64,000 nt of DNA from Myxococcota bacterium (GCA_039028615.1 JBCCHT010000052.1:28821-92820), one strand, 5' to 3'; positions 39,528 to 52,577 are shown, counted from the first letter of the stretch. The notes: generated by a model not told the origin, from the sequence alone. A program made the numbers and translations.

Positions 39528-39789
39528 GCCCACAGCATCGACACGGGTCGGCCCCCGCGGCAAGCCACCCGGTAAAACAGCCCAACGCGCCCCGCATCGC
39601 CCGCTGTGAGTCGACAGCCGCAAGCGTTCAACAGTGAAGCGCGCCCGCAGCGACCCGCATCCGACCGGGGCCTGGTGCGGGTTTGCCGAGTTCGGGCGTC
39701 TGCGGGGCCTGAGCAGGTCACGACGGGCCCCGGACACGGCGGTGCGGTAGAGTCGATGCGCCGGCTATGCACCGCCGGCCCGCACAGTC

Positions 39790-41400
39790 ATGGCCAGCGA
39801 GTACGACTACGACGTCATCATCGTGGGTTCGGGTTTCGGGGGCAGCCCCACCGCACTCCGCTTGGTGGAGAAGGGCTACTCGGTGCTCATGCTCGAGAAG
39901 GGCTCCGAGCTCGGCCCCGGCCAGTTTCCCAAGTCCAACTGGAACATCTTCCGCTGGATGTGGGCCCCCTGGATCGGCGCGCGGGGCCTGTTCAAGATGA
40001 CCTTCTTCCGCCACGTCACCGTGCTGTCCGGGGTCGGCGTGGGCGGGGGATCGCTGGTCTACGCGTGCACCCACCCCGTACCCAAGGACTCGTTCTTCGA
40101 GACCGGGAGCTGGGCGGGCATGGCCCAGTGGAAAGAGGAGCTGTCGCCCTACTACGACCGGGTCAAAGGCATGCTCGGGGTCAACACCACCCCCATGCTC
40201 ACCCCGCCCGACAAGATCCTGCGATCGGTGGCCGAGAGCCGGGGCCAAGGCGACGATTTCCATGCCACCGACGTCGCGATCTACTTCGGCAAGCCGGGAG
40301 AGACGGTCGACGATCCGTACTTCGATGGCCAGGGCCCGCCGCGGACCGGCTGCATTCGCTGCGGCGGCTGCATGCTCGGCTGTCAGCACGGCGCCAAGAA
40401 CAGCCTCGACAAGAACTACCTGTGGTTCGCCCGCAAGCTCGGGCTGACGCTGCAGGCCGACACCGAGGTCACCGCGGTCCGTCCCCTGCCCGACGGCGGC
40501 TACCGGGTCGAGGCCAAGCAAGGTCGCGTGCCCTTTTGGCGCAAGAATCGAGCCTTCACCGCCGAGAAGGTCGTCTTCGCGGGCGGAGTGCTGGGCACGG
40601 TAGAGCTGCTGGCCAAGATGAAGCAGGACCCCAAGGGCCTGCCTGAGCTCAGCCCTCACCTCGGCAACGCCATTCGAACGAACTCCGAGTCGCTCATCGG
40701 CGTCGTCACCCCGGACACCAGCGTCGACTACTCCAAGGGGGTGGCGATCGGCTCCATCTTCCAGATCGACGAGCACGCCCACCTCGAGCCCGTCCGCTAC
40801 CCCGCGGGCTCGGGTGCCTTCCGCACCATGCTCGCGCCCCACGTGGCCGGCGAAAACGGCTTGGTTCGGCTGGTACGCATGATCGGGACCACGCTGCGGC
40901 ACCCCATCCGGCTGCTGCGGGCCCTGTTTGCGCGCGACCTCGCCAAGCAGAGCGCCATCTTGCTGTACATGCGCACGGCCGAGGGCACGCTGAAGTTCGC
41001 CCGCCGCTGGTGGGGCGGTCTGGGGTCACACCGCGAAGAGGGGCCCGCCCCCACCGCGTCGATTCCCGAGGCCACCGCGCTCGCCCACGAGTTCAGCGAC
41101 GAGATGGGCGGCACGCCCTTTTCGCTGATCACCGAGACCGCGTTCAACATCCCCACCACCGCCCACATCCTCGGTGGTTGCTGCATGGGCAAGGGCGCCG
41201 AGACCGGGGTCATCGACGCGCAGCATCGGGTCTACGGATACGACGGGCTCTACGTGATCGACGGGTCCTCCATCTCGTCCAACCCAGGGGTGAACCCGTC
41301 GCTGACGATCGCCGCGATGGCCGAGCGAGCGGCGAGCTTCTTCCCGCCCAAGACCGAGCACGCTCGCCCTCCCATCCTCCCCGCCGCCGCGGCCGAGTGA
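39790..41400 (+). CDS. GMC oxidoreductase, cholesterol oxidase (ChoD)-like
   Basis: GSGFGGS FAD motif, GVGGGSLVY, DPYFDGQGP.RTGC..CG.CM.GC, TAHILGGC, GVNPSLTI.A.AER. Confidence 0.85.
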   Translation: MASEYDYDVIIVGSGFGGSPTALRLVEKGYSVLMLEKGSELGPGQFPKSNWNIFRWMWAPWIGARGLFKMTFFRHVTVLSGVGVGGGSLVYACTHPVPKDSFFETGSWAGMAQWKEELSPYYDRVKGMLGVNTTPMLTPPDKILRSVAESRGQGDDFHATDVAIYFGKPGETVDDPYFDGQGPPRTGCIRCGGCMLGCQHGAKNSLDKNYLWFARKLGLTLQADTEVTAVRPLPDGGYRVEAKQGRVPFWRKNRAFTAEKVVFAGGVLGTVELLAKMKQDPKGLPELSPHLGNAIRTNSESLIGVVTPDTSVDYSKGVAIGSIFQIDEHAHLEPVRYPAGSGAFRTMLAPHVAGENGLVRLVRMIGTTLRHPIRLLRALFARDLAKQSAILLYMRTAEGTLKFARRWWGGLGSHREEGPAPTASIPEATALAHEFSDEMGGTPFSLITETAFNIPTTAHILGGCCMGKGAETGVIDAQHRVYGYDGLYVIDGSSISSNPGVNPSLTIAAMAERAASFFPPKTEHARPPILPAAAAE

Positions 41401-41404
41401 ACCC

Positions 41405-42400
41405 GTGGACTCGATCACTCAGGGTCTGCTCGGAGCGGCTGCCGCCCAGGCGGTGCTGGGCTCGCGCCTGGGCAAGCGGGCGTGGCTGTACGGGGCATTC
41501 GGTGGCATGGCGCCGGACCTCGACATCCTGATCCGCAGCAGCACCGACCCCACCGTCGGCTGGCAATACCACCGCCACTTCACCCATAGCCTCGCCTTCA
41601 TTCCCATCGGCGGCGTGCTGGCCTCGCTGCCCTGGGTCCTGCGCAAGCGCTACGCCGCTCAACGCCGCGACATCACCCTCGCCACCGTCGTCGGCTACGC
41701 CACGCATGCGCTGCTCGATGCCTTCACCTCCTACGGCACGATGCTCCTGTGGCCCTTCGCCGACACGCGCGTGGCCTGGAGCTCGGTGGCGATCGTCGAT
41801 CCGATCTACTCCGGCATCCTGCTCATCGGCGTCATCCTGGCCGCCCGACGCGTGGCGACCAAGCCCGCTCGTGTGGCCCTGCTGCTGTCGTCGCTGTACT
41901 TGGCCTTCGGCTTCGTGCAGCGCTGGCGAGTGCTCGAGGCCACTCGGGACCACGCCGAAGTTCGCGGCCACACTATCGAACGCATCGACGCCTTCCCGGC
42001 TCCGCCCACCAACATCCTGTGGCGCAGCGTGTACCTGAGCGACGGCCAAGTCCACGTCAACCAGGTTCGCGCCCCGTGGTGGGGCCCCGCCGTGCTCGCC
42101 CAGGGCGGCTCGATTCCATTGGCGACCGAGGACTCACTGCCCGAGCCCGCGCGCCAAGACCCGCAGACCCTCGCCGCGTTCCGACTCTTTCGGTGGTTCG
42201 CTCGCGACTGGGTCGGGTGGGACCCCCACCACCCCACCGTGCTCGGCGACCTGCGCTACGGCGTGACCGGAGGCGACGTGTCGAGCATGTGGGGCGTTCG
42301 ACTAGAGCCGGCGTCCGACCCGAGTGTCAGCGCGCACCGGGCGGACATGCCCGGTGCACTAGGACAGCGCTGGCGCAATTTGTGGGGCGAGAGCGAGTAA
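41405..42400 (+). CDS. Metal-dependent membrane hydrolase (YdjM-like)
   Basis: DSITQGLLG, PDLD, HRHFTHS, HALLDAFTSYGT.LLWP. Confidence 0.85.
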   Translation: MDSITQGLLGAAAAQAVLGSRLGKRAWLYGAFGGMAPDLDILIRSSTDPTVGWQYHRHFTHSLAFIPIGGVLASLPWVLRKRYAAQRRDITLATVVGYATHALLDAFTSYGTMLLWPFADTRVAWSSVAIVDPIYSGILLIGVILAARRVATKPARVALLLSSLYLAFGFVQRWRVLEATRDHAEVRGHTIERIDAFPAPPTNILWRSVYLSDGQVHVNQVRAPWWGPAVLAQGGSIPLATEDSLPEPARQDPQTLAAFRLFRWFARDWVGWDPHHPTVLGDLRYGVTGGDVSSMWGVRLEPASDPSVSAHRADMPGALGQRWRNLWGESE

Positions 42401-42586
42401 GAGGATCCAGCAGGTTGACGTACACCGATCGCTCCGTTTGAGGCGATTCGACCCCAGGCGGCCCGCTGTGATCCTCCCGTTTGTTCAGAGAACCCCCCAC
42501 ATCTCCCCGTCGGAAGACGAACACGGGGTTTGACCGCTTCGGTTCACCGTTTCCGCGACCCAGGGCGCGAGCTACCATGACATCGG

Positions 42587-43642
42587 GTGGAACCGGACAA
42601 ACGCGAGCTACCGGCGTTCATCGGTCGCTACGAGATCGAGGGGCACGAAGCCGAAGGCGGGATGGGCAACGTGTACATCGCTCGCGACCCACGCGTGAAG
42701 CGTCGCGTCGCCGTCAAGTTGCTCAAGGAATTGTTCAGCGGTGACCCGGCCGTGCGACGGCGCTTCGAACAAGAAGCCGAAGCGGTCGCCGGTCTCGAGC
42801 ACGAAGCCATCGTGCCCGTGTACGACTTCGGTGATCACGAAGGCATGCTCTACATCGTCATGCGGTACGTGGGCGGTGGCACGCTGCGCGATCGCATCAA
42901 GGGTGAGGGCAAGCTCCGCCTGCGCGACGTCGCCATGGTCATAGACCGCGTCGCCGCGGCGCTGTCGGCCGCCCACGCCAGCGAGCTGGTCCACCGCGAC
43001 ATCAAGCCGGCCAACATCCTCTTCGACGAGCGCGAGGTGCCCTACCTCTCCGACTTCGGCGTGGCCAAGGCCCCCGAGTCGATCGAGGAGACGGGCTCGA
43101 TGATGCTCGGCACCCCGCAGTACCTCTCACCCGAGCAAGCCATCGGGGGCGAGGTCGACAGCCGCAGCGACGTCTACAGCCTGGGCGTCGTGGCCTACCA
43201 CGCGCTCGCCGGGCGCCCGCCCTTCGAGGCCAAGACCCCGATGGCCATGGCCATGGCGCACGCCATGAAAGAGCCGCCCAAGATCCGCGAGTTCGTACCC
43301 GAGCTCCCCAAGGTCGCCGACGACGTCTTCGACAAGGTCTTGGCCAAGGATCGCGAAGATCGTTACCAGTCTGCCGAGCACTTCGCCCGCGACCTCCGCG
43401 ACATCGCCTCCGGCCGCTGGTATCTCGTCAAGCTCTCCAACCGCCTCGGGATCTCCGAGGACATCGCCCGCCGACCCACGCCCATCGCGACGCCCGACGT
43501 CAACTTCAAGCGCCGCGAACGACAACGGACGATGCCCTACCGTCCCCGTCAGGTCGAGAACACCCTGCCCGACACCTCGCTCCGGGACTTTGCCGACCTC
43601 GACGACGACGATGACGACGACGACGAGACCCAGATGCTCTGA
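42587..43642 (+). CDS. Cytoplasmic Ser/Thr protein kinase
   Basis: EGGMG, VAVK, HRDIKPAN, DFGVA, GTPQYLSPEQ; no TM; acidic tail. Confidence 0.92.
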   Translation: MEPDKRELPAFIGRYEIEGHEAEGGMGNVYIARDPRVKRRVAVKLLKELFSGDPAVRRRFEQEAEAVAGLEHEAIVPVYDFGDHEGMLYIVMRYVGGGTLRDRIKGEGKLRLRDVAMVIDRVAAALSAAHASELVHRDIKPANILFDEREVPYLSDFGVAKAPESIEETGSMMLGTPQYLSPEQAIGGEVDSRSDVYSLGVVAYHALAGRPPFEAKTPMAMAMAHAMKEPPKIREFVPELPKVADDVFDKVLAKDREDRYQSAEHFARDLRDIASGRWYLVKLSNRLGISEDIARRPTPIATPDVNFKRRERQRTMPYRPRQVENTLPDTSLRDFADLDDDDDDDDETQML

Positions 43643-43699
43643 GCATCCGGGGGCACGCGTCTCAGGCTCGGTCGGCCGCGAGAGACCGCTCGGGAGGCT

Positions 43700-44461
43700 C
43701 TACAAGCCCTCGCACAGGCGATCGCCGAGCTGCCGGTAGAGCCGGGCCAGCGACGACTTGGGGAAGCGCATGAGCATGATGCCAGCCGACGCCAGGGTCA
43801 TCAGGTCGTCGGAGTGCGGGAGCACGGCCGCGACTTCGCAGTTGTAGGTCTGGGCGACCCGCTGCTCGACGTCCCAGTGATCGAAGGAGTCGGGCGTCTT
43901 GTTCACCACCAACAGGATCTGCGGGACGTCGAGACTCCGCGCCACCTCCACGGTGACTCCGGTGCCCTGATAGTCCTGCTGATCGGGACGCATGATGATG
44001 ACCAGCGCGTCGGAGATGGCGATGGACAGCAGGGTCTCTTCGTTGAGACCGGGGTGCGTGTCGACGAGCAGGAAGTCGAGCCGAAGCTCTCGCACCAAGG
44101 CCTGCAATCCATCGTGCAGCAGCGAGACGTCGTAGCCGTCACGCAGCACGCGGGTGATCTCGCCCGTGCGCAGGCTCGAGGGGATCAGGAAGACCTGGCC
44201 GTCCACCGGTCCGCCGAGCCGCGACGTGACGTCATAGGCCGCGTCCTCGATCGAGCAGCGCCCCCACAGAAAGTCGTTGAGCGCCCGGTCGACCTCGGAG
44301 GGATCGAGAGCGAAGAGCACGTGGATGCCGGGCGACTGGATGTCGGTATCGATCACCCCGACTCGATGTCCCTTGGTGGCGAGATAGGTCGCCACATTGG
44401 CCGTGGTGTTCGACTTGCCCGTGCCGCCGCGGAATGAGTGAATGGAGATGATCTGGGCCAT
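43700..44461 (-). CDS. MinD/ParA family ATPase
   Basis: IHSFRGGTGKSN P-loop, IDTDIQSPG, VDTHPG, VVNK. Confidence 0.9.
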   Translation of the reverse strand: MAQIISIHSFRGGTGKSNTTANVATYLATKGHRVGVIDTDIQSPGIHVLFALDPSEVDRALNDFLWGRCSIEDAAYDVTSRLGGPVDGQVFLIPSSLRTGEITRVLRDGYDVSLLHDGLQALVRELRLDFLLVDTHPGLNEETLLSIAISDALVIIMRPDQQDYQGTGVTVEVARSLDVPQILLVVNKTPDSFDHWDVEQRVAQTYNCEVAAVLPHSDDLMTLASAGIMLMRFPKSSLARLYRQLGDRLCEGL

Positions 44462-44463
44462 GC

Positions 44464-46044
44464 TCAGCCATCCGCCCCAGACTTGGCCGAGGCGCGGAGC
44501 TTCTGCGCCATGTCGCGCAGATTCCGAAAATAGTCGGTTTCGGTGATCTGCGATACCTCCCGACGTCGGTTCGCCTCATCGACCCGAATTTCCAGGTGTC
44601 GGATGCGTCGACGCAGGACCGTCTCCCGGCGATAGCACTCGAGGGCCGCGCCCGCGAGCCGGGATAGGGACTCGAGGACCTCGAGCATGCCGTCGTTGAA
44701 GGGCACGACCGCGTCGTCGGTGGCCCGGGTGGCATTCCACAGCTCGAGCACCCCGATGACCTCGCCCTCGGCCCCCCGCAGCGGCAGGGCGACGAGCGAC
44801 TGGGTCCGGTAGCCATGCCAGGAGTCGAAGGCCTTGACCGCGCTCAGGTCGAGGTCCTCGGCTTCGTAGACATCGCCCAGGTTCACCATGGCGCCGCCCA
44901 GAGCCGCTTTTGCGGCCGGTCGCAGCCGCCCGTGCTCGGGCACCCGAAGCACCAGCGTAGCTTTGTCCCCTCGCCCCTCGGTCGCGTCCCCGGGCCGAAG
45001 CTCCACCGAATCACACTGCAATTGCACGTGCTCGAGGTCGTCGTCCTTGCGCAGGAACAGGCCACCGCCATCGGCTCCGCAAAAGCGTCGCGCCTCTCGG
45101 AGCACCCGCTCGAGCAAGCGGTTGAAATCGCGCTCGGCCGTGAGCGCCACCCCGATGGGGATGACCCCGTGCAGCAGGTCGTCCGCGCGGCGCTTCTCGG
45201 CCACGATGCGGACCAGATACTCGCGCTCGAGGTCGCGAATCTTCTTTTTCTCGAGAGACGACCCGATTCGGGCCCGTAGCAGCACCGGATCGAAGGGCTT
45301 GGGCAGGTGATCCTCCGCCCCCTGCTGGATGCAGCGCGTGATGCTGTCGGGCTCGTCGAGCGAGGTGAGCATGATGACCGGCAAATGCCGCAGCTCGGGG
45401 TCGGACTTGAGCCGCTCGAGGGTCTCGTAGCCGTCCATGACCGGCATCATGATGTCGAGCAGGACCACGTCGATGCGCTGCGATCGAACGACCCGCAGCG
45501 CCTCCACCCCGTTGTCCGCGGTGATGGCTGCATAGCCGTCCCGGGCGAGCCGACGCTCGAGCAACTCGCGGTTGGCCCGGTTGTCGTCCACCACCAAGAT
45601 GGTGCCCAGCACCTTGCCCACCGCCGCCCGCTCGGGGGCCGAGGAACGCCGAATTGTGGCGGCCACGGGGGCGTCGTTGTCGATTCCGACCCGATCCACG
45701 AGCTTGAGCAGGGCTCGGGTGTCGGAATGAATGGCATCGAGCTCGGAGACCCAGCGCGGCTCGGATTCGTCCTCCGCCTCCTCGAGCAGCAGCTCACCGT
45801 AGCCGAGGATCTGATTGACCGGCGTGCGCAGGTCGTGCCGAAGCTTGCGCGAGTCCTGGAGGGCCATGGCCTGGACCGTCCGCTCGGGCAGCTGATCGAG
45901 CAGGCCCCGCAGGTTGTCGGCAGCGCGCAACATCTTGCCGAGGTCGTCCGCGGTCGACTCGGCCCCGGCCTCGCGCGCCCGATCGTGCAGACGCTGGACC
46001 GCCGCCCGAACCTGAGCGGCAGTCTCGATGAGCTCGGCGCTCAT
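44464..46044 (-). CDS. Signalling protein: HisKA-like / REC / coiled linker / GAF / C-terminal helix
   Basis: RHDLRTPVNQILGY, ILVVDD..LLDIMMP..PKPF, GAF (RLLERVL..A...CGADGG.LF...YRTQSLVALPL...VIGVLEL.N); no catalytic output domain. Confidence 0.85.
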   Translation of the reverse strand: MSAELIETAAQVRAAVQRLHDRAREAGAESTADDLGKMLRAADNLRGLLDQLPERTVQAMALQDSRKLRHDLRTPVNQILGYGELLLEEAEDESEPRWVSELDAIHSDTRALLKLVDRVGIDNDAPVAATIRRSSAPERAAVGKVLGTILVVDDNRANRELLERRLARDGYAAITADNGVEALRVVRSQRIDVVLLDIMMPVMDGYETLERLKSDPELRHLPVIMLTSLDEPDSITRCIQQGAEDHLPKPFDPVLLRARIGSSLEKKKIRDLEREYLVRIVAEKRRADDLLHGVIPIGVALTAERDFNRLLERVLREARRFCGADGGGLFLRKDDDLEHVQLQCDSVELRPGDATEGRGDKATLVLRVPEHGRLRPAAKAALGGAMVNLGDVYEAEDLDLSAVKAFDSWHGYRTQSLVALPLRGAEGEVIGVLELWNATRATDDAVVPFNDGMLEVLESLSRLAGAALECYRRETVLRRRIRHLEIRVDEANRRREVSQITETDYFRNLRDMAQKLRASAKSGADG

Positions 46045-46418
46045 CCAGCCTCCTCCGGGAGCCGCTCGCGAATCTTGCCGAGCAAGCGCGAAAATTCCAC
46101 GGGTTTGGTGTCGTAGTCGTCGCAGCCCGCGTCGAGAGCCTGATCCCGGTCGCCGATCATCGCGTGCGCAGTCAGGGCGATGATGGGAATGGGCGAGGTG
46201 GAGTCGTCGGCCTTGAGCCGGCGAGCGACCTCCCACCCGTCGACCTTGGGCAGATCCATGTCGAGCAGCACCAGATCGGGCAGCAGGGCGCGAACCTTGT
46301 CTAGACCGTCCTGACCGTCGACCGCCACGCTGACCTCGAACCCGCGGCGAATGAGCCGGCGCGAGAGCATGTCCCGGTTCATTTCGTTGTCTTCGACCAG
46401 CAAAATTCGCGGCGCCAT
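46041..46418 (-). CDS. Single-domain response regulator (DivK/CheY-like)
   Basis: ILLVEDN, LLDMDLP, ALTAHAM, TKPV; only the last 125 codons of the long track ORF; ATGA overlap with the next gene. Confidence 0.92.
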   Translation of the reverse strand: MAPRILLVEDNEMNRDMLSRRLIRRGFEVSVAVDGQDGLDKVRALLPDLVLLDMDLPKVDGWEVARRLKADDSTSPIPIIALTAHAMIGDRDQALDAGCDDYDTKPVEFSRLLGKIRERLPEEAG

Positions 46419-46499
46419 GGCTCGTCGCAGTATGCCACCTTCGTGGATGCACGATCGGCCTCGGGTGGGGTACGATCCCGTCGTCTCGCTTCGGCCCCC

Positions 46500-48737
<2,238 letters not shown>

Positions 48738-48755
48738 TGCTCGACCAACCAACGA

Positions 48756-48787
48756 GAAGAGGGCGACCGCTGCCGGCCGCCCTCTTT
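48756..48787. terminator. Probable bidirectional terminator between the convergent kinase and mscS genes
   Basis: GAAGAGGGCGaCCG-ctgc-CGGcCGCCCTCTTT hairpin. Confidence 0.6.
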
Positions 48788-48813
48788 CGGTTAACGTGAT
48801 TCGCAGCGCGGGA

Positions 48814-49617
48814 TCAGGCCGCGGACTGCTTGATGGCGAAGTGCTCCTCGGGAACCTCGAAGCCCGCCTTGCCCAGCTCCTCACGGATGGCCTGGTTGGT
48901 GGCGAAGTACACGTCCCAGTAGTGCTCGTTGTTGGTGTAGGGGCGCACGCAGAGCTTGGGACCCGCGAGGTTGAACTCGAGGATGTACACGTCGGGCCCG
49001 GGGTCGGACTCCACGTTGGGGATCTTGGCGACCGCGGTGCGCAGGATCTCGATGGCCTTGGCCACGTCGGCGCCGTGGTTGAGCTGCGCGAACAGGTCCA
49101 CGCGGCGGTAGCCGTTGGTCGAGAAGTTCTGGATGACCTCGCCGAGCACCTTGCCGTTGCCGACGAAGACGCGGACGTTCTCCAGGGTGTCGAGCGAGGT
49201 GACGAACATGCCGATGTCCTTCACCGTGCCGGTCTGGCCGCCGATGGTGACGAAGTCGCCGACCTTGAAGGGCCGCAGCACCAGCAGGAACACGCCGGCC
49301 GCGAAGTTGCTCAGCAGCCCGGACCACGCCATGCCGATGGCGACACCGCCGGCGGCGATGAGGCCCGCGAAGGTCGTCGTCTCGACGCCGAAGACCGACA
49401 GGACCGCGATCACCAGCAGGATGTTCAGCAGGATCTCGAGGGCCGAGGTCAGGTACCTCGCCACGGTCGGGTCGAGGCGCTCCTTGAGCGTCTTGTCAGC
49501 CACGCGGCTCACCATGCGGATCACCATCCGACCGATGATCCACAGAATGATTGCGCCGACGATCATCTTGCCGACGTCGATGCCGAGGTCGAGTGCCTTA
49601 TCGAGGTATTCGTTCAC
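48814..49617 (-). CDS. mscS: Small-conductance mechanosensitive channel
   Basis: AAGGVAIGMAWSGLLSNFAAG, RPFKVGDFV, NFS...RRVDL; AAGGAG upstream of the GTG start. Confidence 0.9.
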   Translation of the reverse strand: MNEYLDKALDLGIDVGKMIVGAIILWIIGRMVIRMVSRVADKTLKERLDPTVARYLTSALEILLNILLVIAVLSVFGVETTTFAGLIAAGGVAIGMAWSGLLSNFAAGVFLLVLRPFKVGDFVTIGGQTGTVKDIGMFVTSLDTLENVRVFVGNGKVLGEVIQNFSTNGYRRVDLFAQLNHGADVAKAIEILRTAVAKIPNVESDPGPDVYILEFNLAGPKLCVRPYTNNEHYWDVYFATNQAIREELGKAGFEVPEEHFAIKQSAA

Positions 49618-49877
49618 GAGAGGGTTCGCTCCTTGGGGGGTTGCCCGCCCGCGATATTCAACTGCCGTGCCAGCGCAGACCAGCGCTAAAACGGAGCGAA
49701 ACGCCCCTGCACGCGCGGCTGTAGCCCGTTGGTGCGGCCCGATACGGGGCGACGGTGTAATTCGCCCCATCGCCCGGACGCCTCCGACGTCGTCCGAGGC
49801 CCCGACGGTCGATCGCGGGGCACGTCGACCCTAGCTCGTTCAATGAACCACGCCGGACGGCGATCGTGCACCGAAAC

Positions 49878-52577
49878 TCAGTCGTGCAGATCGTCGAGGT
49901 CGCACGCGGGATCGGGGCCAAGACGCTGCGGCGGCTCGACCAAGGCGGGCAGGCTTCGATCGGGATGGCGCTGCACCAGCTCCCGGTAGCCTTCGATCGC
50001 GGCATGGTGCGCGGACAGTTCTTCCTCGCGCTCTTCTTCGGCCTCTTCGAGCATCTCTGGGTCGGCCAGGTCGGCGGCGATGCGAGCATCGGCCTGTGCC
50101 GCGGTCAGCTCACCGCGCCGAAACGCGAGATAGTGCTTCACCACGCTTCCCAGGCCCGGGTTGCGATCGGGGCCACGGAAATCCATGCAGCGTGAAGCAG
50201 CAATGCCCGGGTCCCCCACGTTGCCCAGCTCCTCGGGGAACTCGCGCGGGATGGCGTCATAGGGCTCGAGGTCGGGCACGTCGGTGAACATGTCCCACAT
50301 GGGCGCGGCCGCGGCATCGGGCCGCCCCAGCGGCTGCACCCCGAGCAAGCGCTCGATGGTCGCGAATACGGAGGAGAACGAGTAGTGCGCATGACTGGCG
50401 TAGCCGCGGCGCACCCAGGGGCTGATCACCAAGATCGGCGAGCGCGACTCGTCGATGTGATCGTCGGAGCCCTGCGGGTCGTCCTGCAGCACGATGATCA
50501 CCGTGCTCTCCCAGAACTCGGAGTGGCTCACCGCATCGACCACGATGCCCACGGCGTAGTCGTTGTCGGCGGTCATCGAGGGCGGCGTGGGTTGGCCCGG
50601 CTCGATGCCCTGGCCGTGGTCGTTGGGCAGCAGCAGGTAGGTGAAATCCGCCAGCTCTCCCCGCGCGATCTCGTTGGCCACGTGCTGCGCCTTGTCCTCG
50701 TCGCGCACGTCGTAGTTCACCAAGATACCGCCGGGGAACGCCGGATCGGAGAACTGCGAGACGGGCCCCTGGCTGCTCTCTTGCAGGATGCCGACGATCT
50801 CGCCGTAGATCTGGATCGACTTGCCGTTGTCGAGCATCCAGGAGAAGAAGTTGCCCCGATCGGGGATGGAGGGCTGCGCCAGCGGATAGGACTCGAGCAC
50901 CCCGTGGTCGTCGCGCTCGTCCTTGATCCGCTCCACGTACTCCGTCCAGTGGGTCGCGGTGAGGAAGGTGTGGCCGGAGTCGGACTCTTCGGCGTCGGTG
51001 AAGAAGTGGTCACCGATCACGAAGCGCTCCGCCAGCGCCCGCTTGTTGACGGTGACGGGCAGCTCCCACTTGAGAAACTCGGGATCCGCCTCGACCCCCA
51101 GCGCCTCACCAGACTCGCCGAAGAGCGCGTCGAAGGTCTGGTTTTCGTTGACGATGAGCACGACGTGCTCGATGACCGGGCTGCCGCCGTAGCCCTCGGG
51201 CAGCGGGAAATCGCTGCCGCAGTCGGGCACGGTGGCCACCTCGAGAGGCCGCCGATAGTTCGACACCACGTCGTTGGTGGCGTCGGCCAGGTCGAAGCCG
51301 TCGAGGTCGATGAAGGACACCCCGCCTCGATACTCGCCGTAGTCCTCGGGCTCCCCCGTGACCCGCGAGCGCGAGCCGTTGGCCCGCATCTCGGGCACGA
51401 CCAGCTGCTGCCCGTCGGGGCTCAACGCGACGCCGGCCGGGTACCAGCTGGTGGGGATCGAGCCGAGCGGCGTCAGCGTGCTGGCCTCGAACACCCCGAT
51501 GGCCGAGTCACTGCCCCGCGCCGCATAGAGCCGGTCGGTCGCCGAATCGTGGAACAAGGCGCTCACATTGCTGTTGGGCAGCGGCTCTCCCATGACGTCG
51601 ACGAAGTCGTCCTCGGCCACGGGCGTCTCGGCCACCACCGTCCGGCTGTCGGTATCGATGGCCACGATGGTGTCGGCCCCCGTGACCGACACGAACATCC
51701 GCGACTCGTCGTCGTGCAGCGCCATCATCGAGGGCGAGGTCGGCAGCGAGACCGTGGCCGCCACCTCGTCGGCGCCGAGGTCGTAGATGGTCAGCTCTTC
51801 CTCGCCGAAGCCCGTGGCCCACAGCTCGTTGCGGCTCGGCACATGCATCACGTCCCAGGGCTGCACCCCGGTGGCGATCAGCCGGGTGACGGTCATGGTG
51901 CTCGTGTCGACCTCGGAGATCCGGTCGGCGTCGAAGCTGGCGACCCACAGGGTCGAGCCGTCGGCGCTCTGGGTCAGCCCCGAGGTCCAGCCCACCACGG
52001 GAATTTCGCCGGCCAGGGTCACCGTGCCGTCGGCCGCGACATCGAAGTACTCCACCCCACCCGGCACCCCGTTGCTCGCGTAGAGCCGGCTGCCATCGGG
52101 CGACAGCAACAGCCCGTGGTACGACTCTTCGCGCTCGACCTCCTGCACCACCGCGTGGGTATTGCGGTCGAAGACGTACAAACGTCGAGAGTCGCGGCCG
52201 GCCGCGGTCACGTACACGACCTCGGCCGTGGGGTGCTGGAGGGCATCGAAGCCGTGGTCGGCGATCAGCACCGTCTCGCCGTAGCTGTCGGTGCGGCGGC
52301 CGTTGACGAGAATGGTCGAGCCGTCGTCCTGTGGCCCCGGCCACTGCATGGCGGCCTTGGTGGGATCCACCGTGCATGCCACGGGCGGGGCCCCGCCGTC
52401 CGGCTTCTGACCGGTGACGTCGGTGCTCGAGTCGGCGCCGCTGGACGCATTCGGGGTGGCGGCCCCCGAAGAGCTCCCGTTCGTGGAGCCCGACTCGTCC
52501 GCCCCCGTGCTCGAGGGCAGGTCGTCACCACATGCGAGGGGCACCAAGGCCAAGAGCAGGAGCAACCGGTGGGCCAT
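49878..52577 (-). CDS. Lipoprotein: YVTN/YncE beta-propeller fused to a phosphoesterase (alkaline phosphatase superfamily) domain
   Basis: Lipobox PLAC; SPDG.RLY propeller repeats; IEHVVLIVNENQTFD, LPNDH, ADNDYAVG, DDPQGSDDHID. Confidence 0.87.
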   Translation of the reverse strand: MAHRLLLLLALVPLACGDDLPSSTGADESGSTNGSSSGAATPNASSGADSSTDVTGQKPDGGAPPVACTVDPTKAAMQWPGPQDDGSTILVNGRRTDSYGETVLIADHGFDALQHPTAEVVYVTAAGRDSRRLYVFDRNTHAVVQEVEREESYHGLLLSPDGSRLYASNGVPGGVEYFDVAADGTVTLAGEIPVVGWTSGLTQSADGSTLWVASFDADRISEVDTSTMTVTRLIATGVQPWDVMHVPSRNELWATGFGEEELTIYDLGADEVAATVSLPTSPSMMALHDDESRMFVSVTGADTIVAIDTDSRTVVAETPVAEDDFVDVMGEPLPNSNVSALFHDSATDRLYAARGSDSAIGVFEASTLTPLGSIPTSWYPAGVALSPDGQQLVVPEMRANGSRSRVTGEPEDYGEYRGGVSFIDLDGFDLADATNDVVSNYRRPLEVATVPDCGSDFPLPEGYGGSPVIEHVVLIVNENQTFDALFGESGEALGVEADPEFLKWELPVTVNKRALAERFVIGDHFFTDAEESDSGHTFLTATHWTEYVERIKDERDDHGVLESYPLAQPSIPDRGNFFSWMLDNGKSIQIYGEIVGILQESSQGPVSQFSDPAFPGGILVNYDVRDEDKAQHVANEIARGELADFTYLLLPNDHGQGIEPGQPTPPSMTADNDYAVGIVVDAVSHSEFWESTVIIVLQDDPQGSDDHIDESRSPILVISPWVRRGYASHAHYSFSSVFATIERLLGVQPLGRPDAAAAPMWDMFTDVPDLEPYDAIPREFPEELGNVGDPGIAASRCMDFRGPDRNPGLGSVVKHYLAFRRGELTAAQADARIAADLADPEMLEEAEEEREEELSAHHAAIEGYRELVQRHPDRSLPALVEPPQRLGPDPACDLDDLHD

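Noticed and set aside
43599..43626. GAC trinucleotide run as a contingency locus
   Set aside because: In-frame poly-Asp tail of the kinase
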